A DNA stretch of 64,000 bases, from contig CBDCFN010000016.1 in the NCBI GenBank assembly GCA_965216315.1, forward strand, positions 800,001-864,000, given 5' to 3'. Within the stretch, counting starts at the first letter, position 1. Each line of letters begins with the position of its first letter. The position numbers and the translations under genes were made by a program. Below are positions 30,269 through 43,028 of the stretch, piece by piece. Source of the stretch: a bacterium. GTDB taxonomy: Bacteria; UBA10199; 2-02-FULL-50-16; JAJFLM01. Below the pieces are notes generated by a model, which had not been told where the DNA came from, searched no databases, and was given only the letters and a program-made list of their open reading frames with translations.

Positions 30269-31435
30269 CTATCCTGCAATTGATTTTAAACGATCGACTT
30301 GGTCAGTAACTTCCCAGGTGAACTCGGGTTCCGAGCGACCGAAATGACCATACGCGGCTGTCTTGCGGTAGATCGGTCGGAGCAGATCGAGATTTTTGAT
30401 AATATGGGCCGGGGAAAGATTCCATATCTCACGAACGATCGGCAGTAATTCTTCATCCTGTTTGATGCCTGTGCCAAATGTATCGATCAGGATGGATACC
30501 GGTTCCGGATAACCAATGGCATAGGCGACTTGAACCTCACAGCGCTTCGCCAGGCCGGCGGCCACGATATTCTTGGCGACGTGACGCGCGGCATATGAGG
30601 CTGAGCGGTCCACCTTGGAGGGATCTTTTCCGGAGAAGGCGCCGCCACCATGACTGCCGTGCCCCCCGTAAGTATCCACGATGATCTTGCGGCCGGTCAG
30701 ACCGCAGTCACCTTGGGGGCCGCCGACGACGAAGCGTCCCGTTGGATTGATGAGTATGCGGGTGTCGACATCCATCATGCCGGCGGGCAGGGTCTTCTTA
30801 ATTACGGTTTCACGAATGGCTTCCTCGAGCTCGGCGTGCTCGACTTCGGGTGCATGTTGGCTTGAGATGACAACGGTATCGATGCGAATCGGCTGATTAT
30901 CTTCGTATTGAATCGTGACTTGTGATTTGCCATCAGGACGTAAAAATCCCAACTCGCCACTCTTGCGAACCTCGGCTAATTTATGGGTTAGTTGATGAGC
31001 GAACACGATGGGCATGGGCATTAACTCAGGAGTCTCATCACAGGCATAACCAAACATCAGCCCTTGATCCCCCGCCCCTTGAGATTGATAAAGACCTTCT
31101 CCAACCGAGACACCTTGGGAAATGTCCGGCGATTGCTTATCGACGGCGCGAATGACGGCACAGGTTTCGGAACAGAATCCCATGGAAGCATCTGTATAGC
31201 CGATTTCGCGGATGACATTTCTGGCGATGTCTTCATAGGCGATATTGGCTTCTGAAGTGATTTCACCGGCGATTAAACAAAGGCCTGTCGTGACGAGGGT
31301 TTCGCAAGCGACGCGGCTTTTGGGGTCCTGGGCCAGACAGGCGTCGAGGACGCCGTCAGAGATCTGGTCGGCAACCTTGTCAGGGTGACCCTCGGTGACA
31401 GACTCGGAAGTAAAAAGGTAGTGTTGTTTTGACAT
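30269..31435 (-). CDS. metK: S-adenosylmethionine synthase
   Basis: [28 protein letters not shown]. Confidence 0.98.
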   Translation of the reverse strand: MSKQHYLFTSESVTEGHPDKVADQISDGVLDACLAQDPKSRVACETLVTTGLCLIAGEITSEANIAYEDIARNVIREIGYTDASMGFCSETCAVIRAVDKQSPDISQGVSVGEGLYQSQGAGDQGLMFGYACDETPELMPMPIVFAHQLTHKLAEVRKSGELGFLRPDGKSQVTIQYEDNQPIRIDTVVISSQHAPEVEHAELEEAIRETVIKKTLPAGMMDVDTRILINPTGRFVVGGPQGDCGLTGRKIIVDTYGGHGSHGGGAFSGKDPSKVDRSASYAARHVAKNIVAAGLAKRCEVQVAYAIGYPEPVSILIDTFGTGIKQDEELLPIVREIWNLSPAHIIKNLDLLRPIYRKTAAYGHFGRSEPEFTWEVTDQVDRLKSIAG

Positions 31436-31563
31436 AAGAATGAGACTCCTCTTGGAAACATATATTAAGCTTAGGTGCAGCTGATTAGCTTTGCAAGGTG
31501 GTCTAAGTCAAGGCGAAAGCTTAAGAATTTTACTTCAGAATGTTCTATAACTTCCTAATATCG

Positions 31564-33264
31564 CTAATGAATTTTTTTGATCGCCTGGCGGACTTCATCG
31601 GCTGTCTTGGCATGGAGGCATTCCTCGAGGGCCTGGTTGCTATCCTTGAAGCGAGATTGTCGGAGGCGACGGTTGACCAGGGGGATGGAATGAGGATTCA
31701 TCGAGAGCTCGGTGACGCCTAGGCCGAGCAGAATGGGAAAATACTCGGGGTCGCCGGCAATTTCCCCGCAAATGCAGACCTCGATATTGCGACTGCGACC
31801 TGCATCGACGATTTGTTTGAGGAGTCGAATAATAGCGGGATGGTAAGGATCATAGAGGGGCGAGACCTGCTCATTGGTGCGGTCAACCGCCAGGCAGTAT
31901 TGAGTCAGGTCATTCGTACCAATGCTCAAAAAATCCACTTCGGCGGCGATCGCATCTGCCATGACGGCGGCGGCCGGTGTCTCGATCATGGCGCCGACTT
32001 CGATCTGTCGGGATACGCGTATTTTTGCCTCGCGTAGCTCTTGGCGGATGTTGTCGATCAATTTAGTGACCGCCCGGATTTCATCGAGGCTTGATATCAT
32101 GGGTAAGAGGATACGCAGTTTGCCGAAGCGTGAGGCGCGGAGTAGGGCGCGTAACTGAGTTGTGAATAAGGCTTTATCATGAAGGCAATAGCGAATCGAT
32201 CGCAGTCCGAGGGCGGGGTTGAGACTTTCTCCCGGTAAGGAGTCCGGTAGGACTTTTTCGCCGCCGATATCAAGCGTCCGTATGGTGACACGGCGCGGTT
32301 TCATCCGCCCTAAAATCCGTCGATAATGCTCGTATTGATCGTCTTCTGAGGGAGACATTTGACGTCTTAGAAAAAAAGCTTCGGTTCGGTAAAGGCCGAT
32401 GGCATGTGCGCCGTGCGACTTAACAATGGGGATTTCTTCAATGAGTTCGATATTAGCGGAGAGGCGAATTTCAAAACCGTCCAGCGTGATGGCTGGCAAT
32501 TGCGCTTCTTTTAAGAGGAGTCGATCGGTTTGTTCATGCTTTTTCTTGAGAGTGCGGTATTTTTTCAAGTCGGCTGCTCGAGGATGGAGAATAACAATGC
32601 CTTTCGATCCATCGATGATGATCGGGGCTTCTTCTTCGACGGCTTTATCGATATCTTCAATGCCGGCGACGGCGGGAATTTCCAGGGCGCGTGCCATGAT
32701 TGCGGTATGCGATGTCGTTCCGCCCGCAACGGTTGCAAAACCGCTTACCGTACTCCGTGACATATGAGCCATGTCGGCCGGAGACAAGTCCGGTGCCACG
32801 ACGACAGCGCCCTTTTTGAATTGGGGGAGGCTTGAGTGCTCCTGTCCTGCTAAGTGTTTCAGGATTTGGTGAGCCACATGACAAAGGTCTGAGTTGGTTT
32901 CGCCCATTGACGCGTTCATTGTGTCGACAGCCTTCATAAAAGCCCATTCGACATTGACCAGTTCATTGTTGAGATACTTGAGCGTGGCTTCACGTAGAGA
33001 TTGGTCTTTGGCAATGAGTTGGTAACTGTCGAGAATTTGAGCCTTCTCTCCTACTTGAAACTTGCAGAGGTCTTGCTGCAGCTTCAAGAGATATTGCTGG
33101 CATTGCTGGATTGCCTTGCGAAAGCGCCGGGATTCCGCATTGATCTCTTTTTCCGTGATCCAGTATTTGGGATAATTTTCGACGCTCAGGTCGATCTTTT
33201 GGACTTTCCCTATCGCAACGCCGGGAGAGACGGATAAGCCATGAAAAACACGTTTTCTCGCCAT
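31564..33264 (-). CDS. ptsI: PTS enzyme I (phosphoenolpyruvate-protein phosphotransferase)
   Basis: GGTTSHTAIMAR, GLYRTE, SIGTNDL, CGEIAGDP. Confidence 0.96.
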   Translation of the reverse strand: MARKRVFHGLSVSPGVAIGKVQKIDLSVENYPKYWITEKEINAESRRFRKAIQQCQQYLLKLQQDLCKFQVGEKAQILDSYQLIAKDQSLREATLKYLNNELVNVEWAFMKAVDTMNASMGETNSDLCHVAHQILKHLAGQEHSSLPQFKKGAVVVAPDLSPADMAHMSRSTVSGFATVAGGTTSHTAIMARALEIPAVAGIEDIDKAVEEEAPIIIDGSKGIVILHPRAADLKKYRTLKKKHEQTDRLLLKEAQLPAITLDGFEIRLSANIELIEEIPIVKSHGAHAIGLYRTEAFFLRRQMSPSEDDQYEHYRRILGRMKPRRVTIRTLDIGGEKVLPDSLPGESLNPALGLRSIRYCLHDKALFTTQLRALLRASRFGKLRILLPMISSLDEIRAVTKLIDNIRQELREAKIRVSRQIEVGAMIETPAAAVMADAIAAEVDFLSIGTNDLTQYCLAVDRTNEQVSPLYDPYHPAIIRLLKQIVDAGRSRNIEVCICGEIAGDPEYFPILLGLGVTELSMNPHSIPLVNRRLRQSRFKDSNQALEECLHAKTADEVRQAIKKIH

Positions 33265-33302
33265 ATTAGAATTTTCTCAGAAGACGCTTTATTGTACAAA
33301 CA

Positions 33303-33584
33303 CTAGCTCTCGCCGAATTTATTATTAATCAATTCAGTGAGGGCGTCTACAGCAGCACGGGCATCCGTTCCCTTGGCTTCAATTCGAACTTCCGATCCAT
33401 GTGCGGCTGCCAGAGTAAGTAAGCCCATTATCGATTTGCCATTGGCGTGCTGTTTGCCCTTAATGAGCGCAATGTCCGCCTGATACTGAAAGGCAATTTT
33501 GACGAAGTTGGCCGCTGCCCGTGCGTGTAATCCCAGCTTGTTCTGTATCTTGACGGTATTGGTGATGGGCTCAGAATTTTTCAT
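33303..33584 (-). CDS. ptsH: HPr phosphocarrier
   Basis: GLHARAA and KSIMGL motifs; start ATG 33584. Confidence 0.94.
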   Translation of the reverse strand: MKNSEPITNTVKIQNKLGLHARAAANFVKIAFQYQADIALIKGKQHANGKSIMGLLTLAAAHGSEVRIEAKGTDARAAVDALTELINNKFGES

Positions 33585-34032
33585 CTTCTGATACGATGAT
33601 ATCGTAAAGAGTTTGACAGTCTCTGGCTTCATAGAGGCGATTGCGAAAATGAGCGTCTTTAAGGAGGCGAGAGAGACGCGCCATGGCCTTAAGGTGAAGA
33701 CTGGCAGAATTTTTAGGGGCGATCAGGACGAAAAATAAATGCACCGGTTTTCCGTCCTGAGAATCAAAATCGATTCCAGCGACGCTGCGGCCGAAGCCAA
33801 TGACAATTTGCTCTAGGGTCGCCAGTTTGCCATGAAGAATGGCGACACCATTGCCAATGCCGGTGCTGCCGAGTCTCTCCCGCTCGTTAAGGACCTCTTC
33901 GAGGGAATCCATTCCAGGGCCTGGATAGGCTGCAGACATCATGGAGGAGAGTTCATGGATGGCTTCTTCCTTGGTAGTCGATTTCAGTTCAGCTTGAATG
34001 CAATTATCCTGGAGGATTTCGCGAATCTTCAT
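33571..34032 (-). CDS. ptsN: PTS EIIA (Ntr/fructose type)
   Basis: ERERLGSTGIGNGVAILH; position downstream of rpoN-hpf. Confidence 0.9.
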   Translation of the reverse strand: MKIREILQDNCIQAELKSTTKEEAIHELSSMMSAAYPGPGMDSLEEVLNERERLGSTGIGNGVAILHGKLATLEQIVIGFGRSVAGIDFDSQDGKPVHLFFVLIAPKNSASLHLKAMARLSRLLKDAHFRNRLYEARDCQTLYDIIVSEDEKF

Positions 34033-34050
34033 GGTGTCAGCTAATGTCCG

Positions 34051-34344
34051 TTAAACTTTGTGGGATTGGACCTTTTCCTTATGTTTTCGTAATTGGGTTT
34101 CAATTTTAGATAAGGCGCCATCAATTGACTGATAAATGTCGTCACTTTCTTCGACTGCCGTAATACGGTCACCATTATCGGTCAATGTGATTTCCGCCTT
34201 ACGCCGAAATTTTTCTGACTCGAGCACAACGTGAGCCGACTCAGGTTTGAGAAGGTATTTTTTTAGCTTGTCGACGCGCGCTTCAATATGCTGCCGAATC
34301 GGATCTGAAGGATCCATATGACGAAATGTCACGTTAAGTTCCAT
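34051..34344 (-). CDS. hpf: Ribosome hibernation promoting factor (short HPF/RaiA)
   Basis: VTFRHMDPSD, DIYQSIDGA...QLRKHKEK; downstream of rpoN. Confidence 0.93.
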   Translation of the reverse strand: MELNVTFRHMDPSDPIRQHIEARVDKLKKYLLKPESAHVVLESEKFRRKAEITLTDNGDRITAVEESDDIYQSIDGALSKIETQLRKHKEKVQSHKV

Positions 34345-34383
34345 GAGATATCTCCTTAATAGATTGAGCGGATAATGTGAAGA

Positions 34384-35895
34384 TCATTTTCCTGCGGCAC
34401 GACCCGGATCGGCCATAACGCGGCGTCGACGGGAAGAAGGTAGAATTCCCATCATTTCTCTATACTTGGCTACGGTGCGTCTCGCAATGCGCGCTTCGGT
34501 GAGGGCCTTGAGCTGGTCAGCAATGGACTGGTCTGAGAGCGGCTTGGTCGCATCTTCTTGGGAGATCAGCTCCCGAATTTTTTCTTTGATAGCCTCAGAT
34601 GTGATCCCCTCATGGTTGTTGGAAGGGACGCGCGTATTGAAAAAGAACTTGAGTTCAAAGATGCCACGCGGTGTTTGCACATACTTGTTGGTCGTAACGC
34701 GACTAATGGTTGATTCATGCATTCCAATGTCATCGGCCACATCTCGAAGGACCATGGGTTTTAAGCTGGAGACCCCATGTTCAAGAAATTCCATTTGAAA
34801 TTTAACGATTGAGCCTGTGACTTTATAGAGAGTGCGTTGGCGTTGATGAATGCTTCTGATGAGCCAGACAGCCGAGCGCAATTTGTCTTGAATGTAGTCT
34901 TTTGTTTTGCCGGCAACATCTTGTCCGGACATGGCATTGCGATAAAAGCGACTGACTTGAAGTTTGGGCATGCCATCATCATTAAGCATGACGACGTATT
35001 CATCGCCGATTTTATGAACGTAAACATCTGGGATAATGTATTGGGGGCTTTGTCCGCCAAAGGGGCGGCCCGGTTTAGGTTCCATCATGTGAATGATGTG
35101 CGCCAATTCTTCAACGCGCTCGACACTAATGCCCATTTTTTTTGCAATGTGCGGATAGTTGTGGCGTTCTAATTCCGACATGAAATCATCAATGATGCGA
35201 TGCAGGAGTTCGGAACACTCTTCATGCGGTTTGGCTTGAAGCTTGAGGCATTCCCGGAGGTCGCGCGCGCCCACCCCGAGCGGATCAAATTCTTGAATCC
35301 GTAGGAGCACCGCTTCGACGTCTTCTTCGCTGCGGCCACTGCGTTTGCCGATATCCGCGAGGTCGCCGCGATAATAGCCGTCATCACCGATGTCGCAAAT
35401 AATTTCTTCAGCAATTTCAATGTCTTCACGCGGAAGCGTGCTTAAATGCAGTTGCCACAGCAGATGTTCGTCCAGGCTCGCCAGCTGCGGTGCGGAATTT
35501 TCATAAGAGGGGAGTTCATCCCCATTTTCGCGGATATTGGGAGCGCCCCCCTCGGCGGCATTGTAGGTGCCGAGATAATTTTCCCAGTCAAAATCAGTCG
35601 GTTCCTTGAGTTCTCCCTCTTTGGTTCCAACTTCATCAGTCTTATCAGCGCCTTGACTCGCCTCGGCGGCGTTTTCTTCAGGGGTTTTCGAGTCGCTTGA
35701 ATCGCCTTCGCTCTCCTCGGTTGTCTTATTAACATCACCGGTTTCCTCGAGAACGGGATTTTCAAGCAGCTCTTGTTGAACAAGATCTTGTAGCTCAAGG
35801 CGAGAAAGCTGAAGTAATTTGATAGCTTGCTGAAGCTGGGGCGTGATGACCAGTTGTTGGGCAAGTTTTAAACTCTGTTTGATTTCTAACGCCAT
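34384..35895 (-). CDS. rpoN: RNA polymerase sigma-54 factor
   Basis: TPQLQQAIKLLQL, MHESTISRVT, RpoN box ARRTVAKYRE. Confidence 0.98.
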   Translation of the reverse strand: MALEIKQSLKLAQQLVITPQLQQAIKLLQLSRLELQDLVQQELLENPVLEETGDVNKTTEESEGDSSDSKTPEENAAEASQGADKTDEVGTKEGELKEPTDFDWENYLGTYNAAEGGAPNIRENGDELPSYENSAPQLASLDEHLLWQLHLSTLPREDIEIAEEIICDIGDDGYYRGDLADIGKRSGRSEEDVEAVLLRIQEFDPLGVGARDLRECLKLQAKPHEECSELLHRIIDDFMSELERHNYPHIAKKMGISVERVEELAHIIHMMEPKPGRPFGGQSPQYIIPDVYVHKIGDEYVVMLNDDGMPKLQVSRFYRNAMSGQDVAGKTKDYIQDKLRSAVWLIRSIHQRQRTLYKVTGSIVKFQMEFLEHGVSSLKPMVLRDVADDIGMHESTISRVTTNKYVQTPRGIFELKFFFNTRVPSNNHEGITSEAIKEKIRELISQEDATKPLSDQSIADQLKALTEARIARRTVAKYREMMGILPSSRRRRVMADPGRAAGK

Positions 35896-35945
35896 CAGCG
35901 TACTCCGCAAGTTCTACAGTTCTAACTCCCCCGCTGTACATCCTG

Positions 35946-35974
35946 ATGATAAAAGTGTGCACGTGCTATGTCAA
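35946..35974 (-). promoter_or_regulatory. Sigma70 promoter of rpoN
   Basis: TTGACA-N17-TATCAT on minus strand. Confidence 0.7.
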
Positions 35975-36002
35975 TAGGGTGTGCGCACTAACTTGCGAGA
36001 AT

Positions 36003-37844
<1,842 letters not shown>

Positions 37845-37857
37845 CTATGAAGGCGGC

Positions 37858-39153
37858 ATGATTCCACGCTATAGTCGACCGGAGATGACGGCCATCTGGG
37901 AGCCGGAAAATCGATTTCGCATCTGGCTCGATATCGAGTTGGCCGCCACCGAGGCATGGGTGAAGCTCGGAAGAGTACCTGAAGAGGCCCTCAAGGTTAT
38001 TCGTGAAAAGGCGGATTTCAAGGTCGATCGCATCGATGAGATCGAAAAGGAGGTCAAACACGACGTGATTGCCTTTCTGACCAGCGTGGCCGAACACGTG
38101 GGTCCGGAATCGCGCTATCTTCACTTAGGGTTGACCTCGTCAGACGTGCTCGACACCTGTTTCTCGCTTCAGCTCAAGCAGGCCGGTGAATTGTTGCTCC
38201 GTGACCTCGATCAACTCCTGGCTTCCCTGAAGAAGCGGGCTGAAGAACACAAGCAGACGCCGATGATTGGCCGCAGTCATGGAATCCACGCCGAACCCAT
38301 CACCTTTGGCGTCAAAGTCGCGACCTGGTACGCGGAGATGGCGCGGAATCGAGAACGCCTGGTCAAGGCCATCGGCAGTGTCAGCGTCGGCAAGGTGTCC
38401 GGTGCCGTGGGCGTTTACGGTAACGTGCTGCCTGAAGTGGAGCAGCATGTCTGTGAGAAGTTGGGCTTGGTCCCCGACGCTATTTCCACGCAGGTTATTG
38501 CCCGGGACCAGTATGCTGATTTTTTTAGCAGTTGCGCCCTCATTGCTTCAGCGGTGGAGCGCATTGCTACTGAGGTGCGCCATATGCAGCGCACGGAAGT
38601 CCTTGAGGCCGAGGAATTCTTTTCCAAGGGGCAGAAGGGGTCTTCCGCCATGCCTCATAAGCGCAACCCCGTGCTTTCCGAAAACTTGACCGGTCTGGCG
38701 CGTTTAGTCCGTTCCTATCTGGTACCGGCCCTGGAGAATATCACTCTCTGGCATGAGCGGGATATCAGTCATTCTTCGGTAGAGCGGGTGATCGGGCCGG
38801 ATACGACGATCACCCTGGATTTTATGCTGGCCAGGATGAACAATGTTATCGAAAACTTGATTGTTTACCCGGAAAATATGAAGAAGAACCTGGAAAAGAT
38901 GGGCAAGCTGGTTTTTTCTGAAGGGGTTCTTTTGGCTCTCGTGGAGACGGGGCGGACCCGGGAAGAGGCCTATCGCATGGTTCAATCACATGCGATGAAG
39001 ACGTGGGAAGAAGGGGCCGACTTTGAAGAACTCGTGCGGTCGGATCCAAAGATCCAAGCCGCCGTTTCGGATGAACGTTTGGCTCAAGTGTTTCAGTTGG
39101 ATCACCATCTGAGCCATGTGGATATAATTTTTGAGAAAGTGTTTGGCCGGTAG
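37858..39153 (+). CDS. purB: Adenylosuccinate lyase
   Basis: MIPRYS, GRSHGIHAEP, GSSAMPHKRNP. Confidence 0.97.
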   Translation: MIPRYSRPEMTAIWEPENRFRIWLDIELAATEAWVKLGRVPEEALKVIREKADFKVDRIDEIEKEVKHDVIAFLTSVAEHVGPESRYLHLGLTSSDVLDTCFSLQLKQAGELLLRDLDQLLASLKKRAEEHKQTPMIGRSHGIHAEPITFGVKVATWYAEMARNRERLVKAIGSVSVGKVSGAVGVYGNVLPEVEQHVCEKLGLVPDAISTQVIARDQYADFFSSCALIASAVERIATEVRHMQRTEVLEAEEFFSKGQKGSSAMPHKRNPVLSENLTGLARLVRSYLVPALENITLWHERDISHSSVERVIGPDTTITLDFMLARMNNVIENLIVYPENMKKNLEKMGKLVFSEGVLLALVETGRTREEAYRMVQSHAMKTWEEGADFEELVRSDPKIQAAVSDERLAQVFQLDHHLSHVDIIFEKVFGR

Positions 39154-39188
39154 GGACCGAGTCACTCCGGCCAGGCGAGGAGAATGAA

Positions 39189-39899
39189 ATGGTCGAAAAA
39201 CGCGAACAACTTTATGAAGGTAAGGCAAAGGTCCTCTATGCGACGGATGAGGATGATAAATTAATCGCTCATTTTAAAGATGATGCGACGGCATTTAATG
39301 CCAAGAAAAAAGGAACCATTATCAATAAGGGGGCGTTCAACAACAAGATATCGACCGTTATTTTGAAGATGTTGGAGGATAAGGGGATTGCAACCCATTA
39401 TGTTGAGCAGCTGTCGGATCGCGAGAGCCTCGTCAAAAAGGTTGAAATCATCCCCGTTGAAGTTGTGGTGCGTAACGTCGTCGCCGGCTCTTTGGCGAAG
39501 AAATTAGGGTTGGAAGAGGGCTTGGTGTTAAAGCGGCCGATTGTCGAGTTCTTTTATAAAAGTGACGAACTTGATGATCCACCGATTAACGATGATATTG
39601 CGATTGCGATGGATTGGGCGACGGAAGAAGAGTGTAGCATTCTTAAAGAGAAAGCCTTGGAAATTAATACCTACTTAATCGAATTTTTTGACCGCCTAGG
39701 CATTCGTCTCGTTGATTATAAATTAGAGTTTGGCCGGAGCCCTGAAGGCATTTTATTGGCGGATGAAATCACGCCGGACGGATGTCGGCTTTGGGATAAG
39801 GAAACGGGTGAAAAGCTCGATAAGGATCGTTTCAGACGTGACCTCGGGCAGGTGGAAGAGGCCTATCAAAAGGTCTATGAGCTGGTGACCGGGTCTTAG
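39189..39899 (+). CDS. purC: SAICAR synthetase
   Basis: LYEGKAK, LVDYKLEFG, LADEITPD, DKDRFR. Confidence 0.97.
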   Translation: MVEKREQLYEGKAKVLYATDEDDKLIAHFKDDATAFNAKKKGTIINKGAFNNKISTVILKMLEDKGIATHYVEQLSDRESLVKKVEIIPVEVVVRNVVAGSLAKKLGLEEGLVLKRPIVEFFYKSDELDDPPINDDIAIAMDWATEEECSILKEKALEINTYLIEFFDRLGIRLVDYKLEFGRSPEGILLADEITPDGCRLWDKETGEKLDKDRFRRDLGQVEEAYQKVYELVTGS

Positions 39900-40142
39900 A
39901 TGAAAGCGAAAGTATTCATTCGGTTAAAGAACGGCGTGCTTGACCCGCAAGGCAAGGCGGTTCAGCAGGCCTTGCATCGAATGGATTTTGGGCAGGTCAA
40001 GGATGTGCGTATTGGCAAGCTCATCGAGCTCGATTTGGATGGCATGGCTCGAGATGATGCTGAGGAAAAACTCAAGTCCATGTGTGAGCAATTACTCGCC
40101 AATACAGTCATCGAATCGTATTCATTTGAAATTAGTGAATAA
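39900..40142 (+). CDS. purS: FGAM synthase subunit PurS
   Basis: VLDPQGKA, LLANTVIE. Confidence 0.95.
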   Translation: MKAKVFIRLKNGVLDPQGKAVQQALHRMDFGQVKDVRIGKLIELDLDGMARDDAEEKLKSMCEQLLANTVIESYSFEISE

Positions 40143-40147
40143 CCTTC

Positions 40148-40813
40148 ATGAAATTCGGAATCATCATATTTCCGGGCTCTAATTGTGACCGAGACTGTCA
40201 CCACGTGGTGACCGACGTCATGGGGCAGGAAGCGGTTTATATCTGGCATAAAGAAACGCGCTTGCCGCAGTTGGATGCCTTGATCTTGCCCGGCGGCTTC
40301 TCTTATGGAGATTATCTACGGCCCGGTGCGATTGCGCGGGTCTCACCGGTGATGGATGAAGTTATCAAGTTCGCCGGGCGTGGCGGGACGGTGTTGGGAA
40401 TTTGCAATGGTTTTCAAGTGCTCGTCGAATCGGGACTGCTGCCGGGGACCTTACAGCAGAATGAAGGGCTCAAGTTTTTGTGTCATGATACGCGCTTGCA
40501 GGTGCAACAGAATGGGACCCGTTTTACTTCCTCTTATGCAACGCAGCAAGAAGTGACGATGCCGATCGCCCATATGGATGGTCGTTATGTCGCGGATGCA
40601 GAGACGCGTCGGCGTCTGCGCGAGGAAGGCCGCATTGTTTTCACGTATTCAGGCAACAATCCCAATGGGTCCGAAGATGATATTGCAGGAATATGTAATG
40701 AGCAGGGTAATGTGCTCGGCATGATGCCTCATCCGGAGCGATGTGCCGAGTCCTTATTGAATAATGAGGATGGGCGTCCCTTGTTCGAATCGATTGTAAA
40801 GACATGCACATGA
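40148..40813 (+). CDS. purQ: FGAM synthase glutaminase subunit
   Basis: [31 protein letters not shown]. Confidence 0.97.
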   Translation: MKFGIIIFPGSNCDRDCHHVVTDVMGQEAVYIWHKETRLPQLDALILPGGFSYGDYLRPGAIARVSPVMDEVIKFAGRGGTVLGICNGFQVLVESGLLPGTLQQNEGLKFLCHDTRLQVQQNGTRFTSSYATQQEVTMPIAHMDGRYVADAETRRRLREEGRIVFTYSGNNPNGSEDDIAGICNEQGNVLGMMPHPERCAESLLNNEDGRPLFESIVKTCT

Positions 40814-43026
40814 CCTACGATCCACAAGTTATTGCCGACCATGGTCTGACGCCGGAAGAGTATGAGAAGATCTGCGATCACCTGGGGCGTGAGCCCAGTT
40901 ATGTGGAGTTGGGGGTTTTTTCAGTCATGTGGAGCGAACATTGTTCGTACAAGTCTTCGCGTATTCACCTGAAAAAACTGCCGACCAAGGGGCCTCAAGT
41001 TGTGTGTGGTCCCGGTGAAAACGCCGGCATTGTGGATTTAGGAGATGGTCTTTGCGCGGCCTTTAAGATGGAGTCGCATAATCACCCTTCATTTATCGAA
41101 CCTTATCAGGGCGCCGCGACGGGTGTCGGTGGCATTATGCGCGATATCTTTACTATGGGCGCGCGGCCCATCGCGCTCCTCGATAGCTTGCGTTTCGGTG
41201 ATATCAACCTGAGCAAGACAAAATCGTTGGTTCATGGCGTTGTCGCCGGGATCGCCGGTTATGGGAACTGCATGGGTGTTCCGACCGTGGGCGGTGAGAC
41301 GAGCTTTGATCCTTCTTACAATGGAAACAATTTAGTAAATGCTTTTTGTGTAGGGATTCTGCGTAAGGAAAAGATTTTTAGGGCCAAGGCGGCGGGTATC
41401 GGGAATCCTATTATCTATGTGGGTGCGAAGACGGGTCGTGACGGCATCCACGGGGCGACCATGGCCTCGGCTGAGTTTGATGAGGGTTCCGAGGAAAAGC
41501 GGCCGACGGTTCAGGTGGGGGACCCCTTTACCGAGAAGCGATTGTTGGAGGCCTGTCAGGAACTTATGGCCGGAGGGGATATTGTTGCGATTCAGGATAT
41601 GGGAGCGGCGGGTTTGACCTGTTCCAGTCTTGAGATGGCGGCAAGCGGCCGTGTCGGCGTCGAACTCGATTTGGATCAGGTTCCGTGCCGTGAAGACGAA
41701 ATGACCGCTTACGAGATGATGCTCTCCGAGTCTCAAGAGCGTATGTTGATGGTGGCCAAGAAGGGGAGTGAAAAACGGGTTCAAGAAATCTTTGAAAAAT
41801 GGGATTTAGATGCCGCCGTTGTCGGCAAGGTTGTTCGAGGAGACCAGGTTACCGTAAGGTATCAAGGAGAGGTCGTGGCACAACTACCGAGCCTTCCGAT
41901 TACCGAGGAAGCCCCCATTTATAAGCGGCCGACACGTGTTCCGAGTTATCTGAAGAAAGCACAGGAGTTGAATGAGGCGAGCATAAAAGAACCGAAACAA
42001 CTCGTTAATGTACTAAAAGACTTGTTGTCCAGTCCGAATCTTTGTTCGAAAAAATGGATCTATCAGCAGTATGATCATATGGTGGGGACAGATACAGTTG
42101 TTTTGCCCGGATCCGATGCGGCCGTGTTGCGGTTGAAAGGCAGTGGAAAGAATGGGCGGCCTGATAAAGGGATTGCAATCTCGGTCGATTGTAATAGTCG
42201 CTACTGCTATCTTGATCCGCGACGTGGCGCGATGCATGCGGTCGCGGAGGCGGCGCGTAATATTGTTTGTTCCGGTGGTAAGCCCTTGGCGGTTACCGAC
42301 TGTCTTAATTTTGGTAATCCCGAGAATCCGGAAATTATGTGGCAGTTTCAAAGTGCCGTTGAGGGAATTCGCGATGCCTGTCGCATTCTCGATACGCCCG
42401 TCGTTTCTGGTAATGTCAGTTTGTATAACGAGACCCAGGGACAGGCAGTGGATCCGACTCCCGGAATTGGAATGGTTGGTTTGCTCGACGATGTGAGTCG
42501 GCATTGTCGCCAGTTTTTTCAAGAGACGGGTGACGTTATTTTGCTCCTCGGGTGGAATCAGCCCCAGCTAGGCGGCAGCGAGTATCTTTACACGATTCAC
42601 GGTCAGAAAGCGGGCCGTCCACCGGCGCTCGATTTAAAGCGGGAAAAACGGTTGCAAGGGCTTTGCCGGGAGCTTATTCGCCGGGGCTGGTTGCGCAGTG
42701 CCCATGATGTTTCGGATGGGGGGCTTGCGGTAGCGCTTGCCGAGGCCTGTATTGGTCAGGAAGGGCAGGCCATCGGGGCCAAGGTCCATATCCCCGGAGA
42801 AAAGCGCGCCGATATTGCACTGTTCGGAGAGTCGCCGTCCCGTATTCTCGTCAGCGTTTCGCAGGATTACTTGCGTCAAGTCTTGGAATTGACCCGCAAA
42901 GAGGCCTGCCCGGTCGACCGTCTTGGCACGGTGGGCGGAAAAGAGCTGCAAATTGACGATAAAATCAAGGTCGGTATTGACCTTATGGCTGAATGGTGGT
43001 GGCATAGCTTTGAAAGGATGACTTAA
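40810..43026 (+). CDS. purL: FGAM synthase subunit PurL
   Basis: [35 protein letters not shown]. Confidence 0.97.
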   Translation: MTYDPQVIADHGLTPEEYEKICDHLGREPSYVELGVFSVMWSEHCSYKSSRIHLKKLPTKGPQVVCGPGENAGIVDLGDGLCAAFKMESHNHPSFIEPYQGAATGVGGIMRDIFTMGARPIALLDSLRFGDINLSKTKSLVHGVVAGIAGYGNCMGVPTVGGETSFDPSYNGNNLVNAFCVGILRKEKIFRAKAAGIGNPIIYVGAKTGRDGIHGATMASAEFDEGSEEKRPTVQVGDPFTEKRLLEACQELMAGGDIVAIQDMGAAGLTCSSLEMAASGRVGVELDLDQVPCREDEMTAYEMMLSESQERMLMVAKKGSEKRVQEIFEKWDLDAAVVGKVVRGDQVTVRYQGEVVAQLPSLPITEEAPIYKRPTRVPSYLKKAQELNEASIKEPKQLVNVLKDLLSSPNLCSKKWIYQQYDHMVGTDTVVLPGSDAAVLRLKGSGKNGRPDKGIAISVDCNSRYCYLDPRRGAMHAVAEAARNIVCSGGKPLAVTDCLNFGNPENPEIMWQFQSAVEGIRDACRILDTPVVSGNVSLYNETQGQAVDPTPGIGMVGLLDDVSRHCRQFFQETGDVILLLGWNQPQLGGSEYLYTIHGQKAGRPPALDLKREKRLQGLCRELIRRGWLRSAHDVSDGGLAVALAEACIGQEGQAIGAKVHIPGEKRADIALFGESPSRILVSVSQDYLRQVLELTRKEACPVDRLGTVGGKELQIDDKIKVGIDLMAEWWWHSFERMT

Positions 43027-43028
43027 CC

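Noticed and set aside
29011..30309. Two 200-aa plus-strand ORFs opposite ahcY
   Set aside because: Antisense shadows of a conserved gene
31436..31563. SAM/SAH riboswitch upstream of metK-ahcY
   Set aside because: No SAM-I, SAM-II or SAH core motifs recognisable; short AT-rich spacer with only a promoter-like TTGACT
35910..35945. Relic of the lptB 3' end (RMYSG / GELEL-stop across a frameshift) upstream of rpoN
   Set aside because: Too short and needs a frameshift; cannot be distinguished from chance
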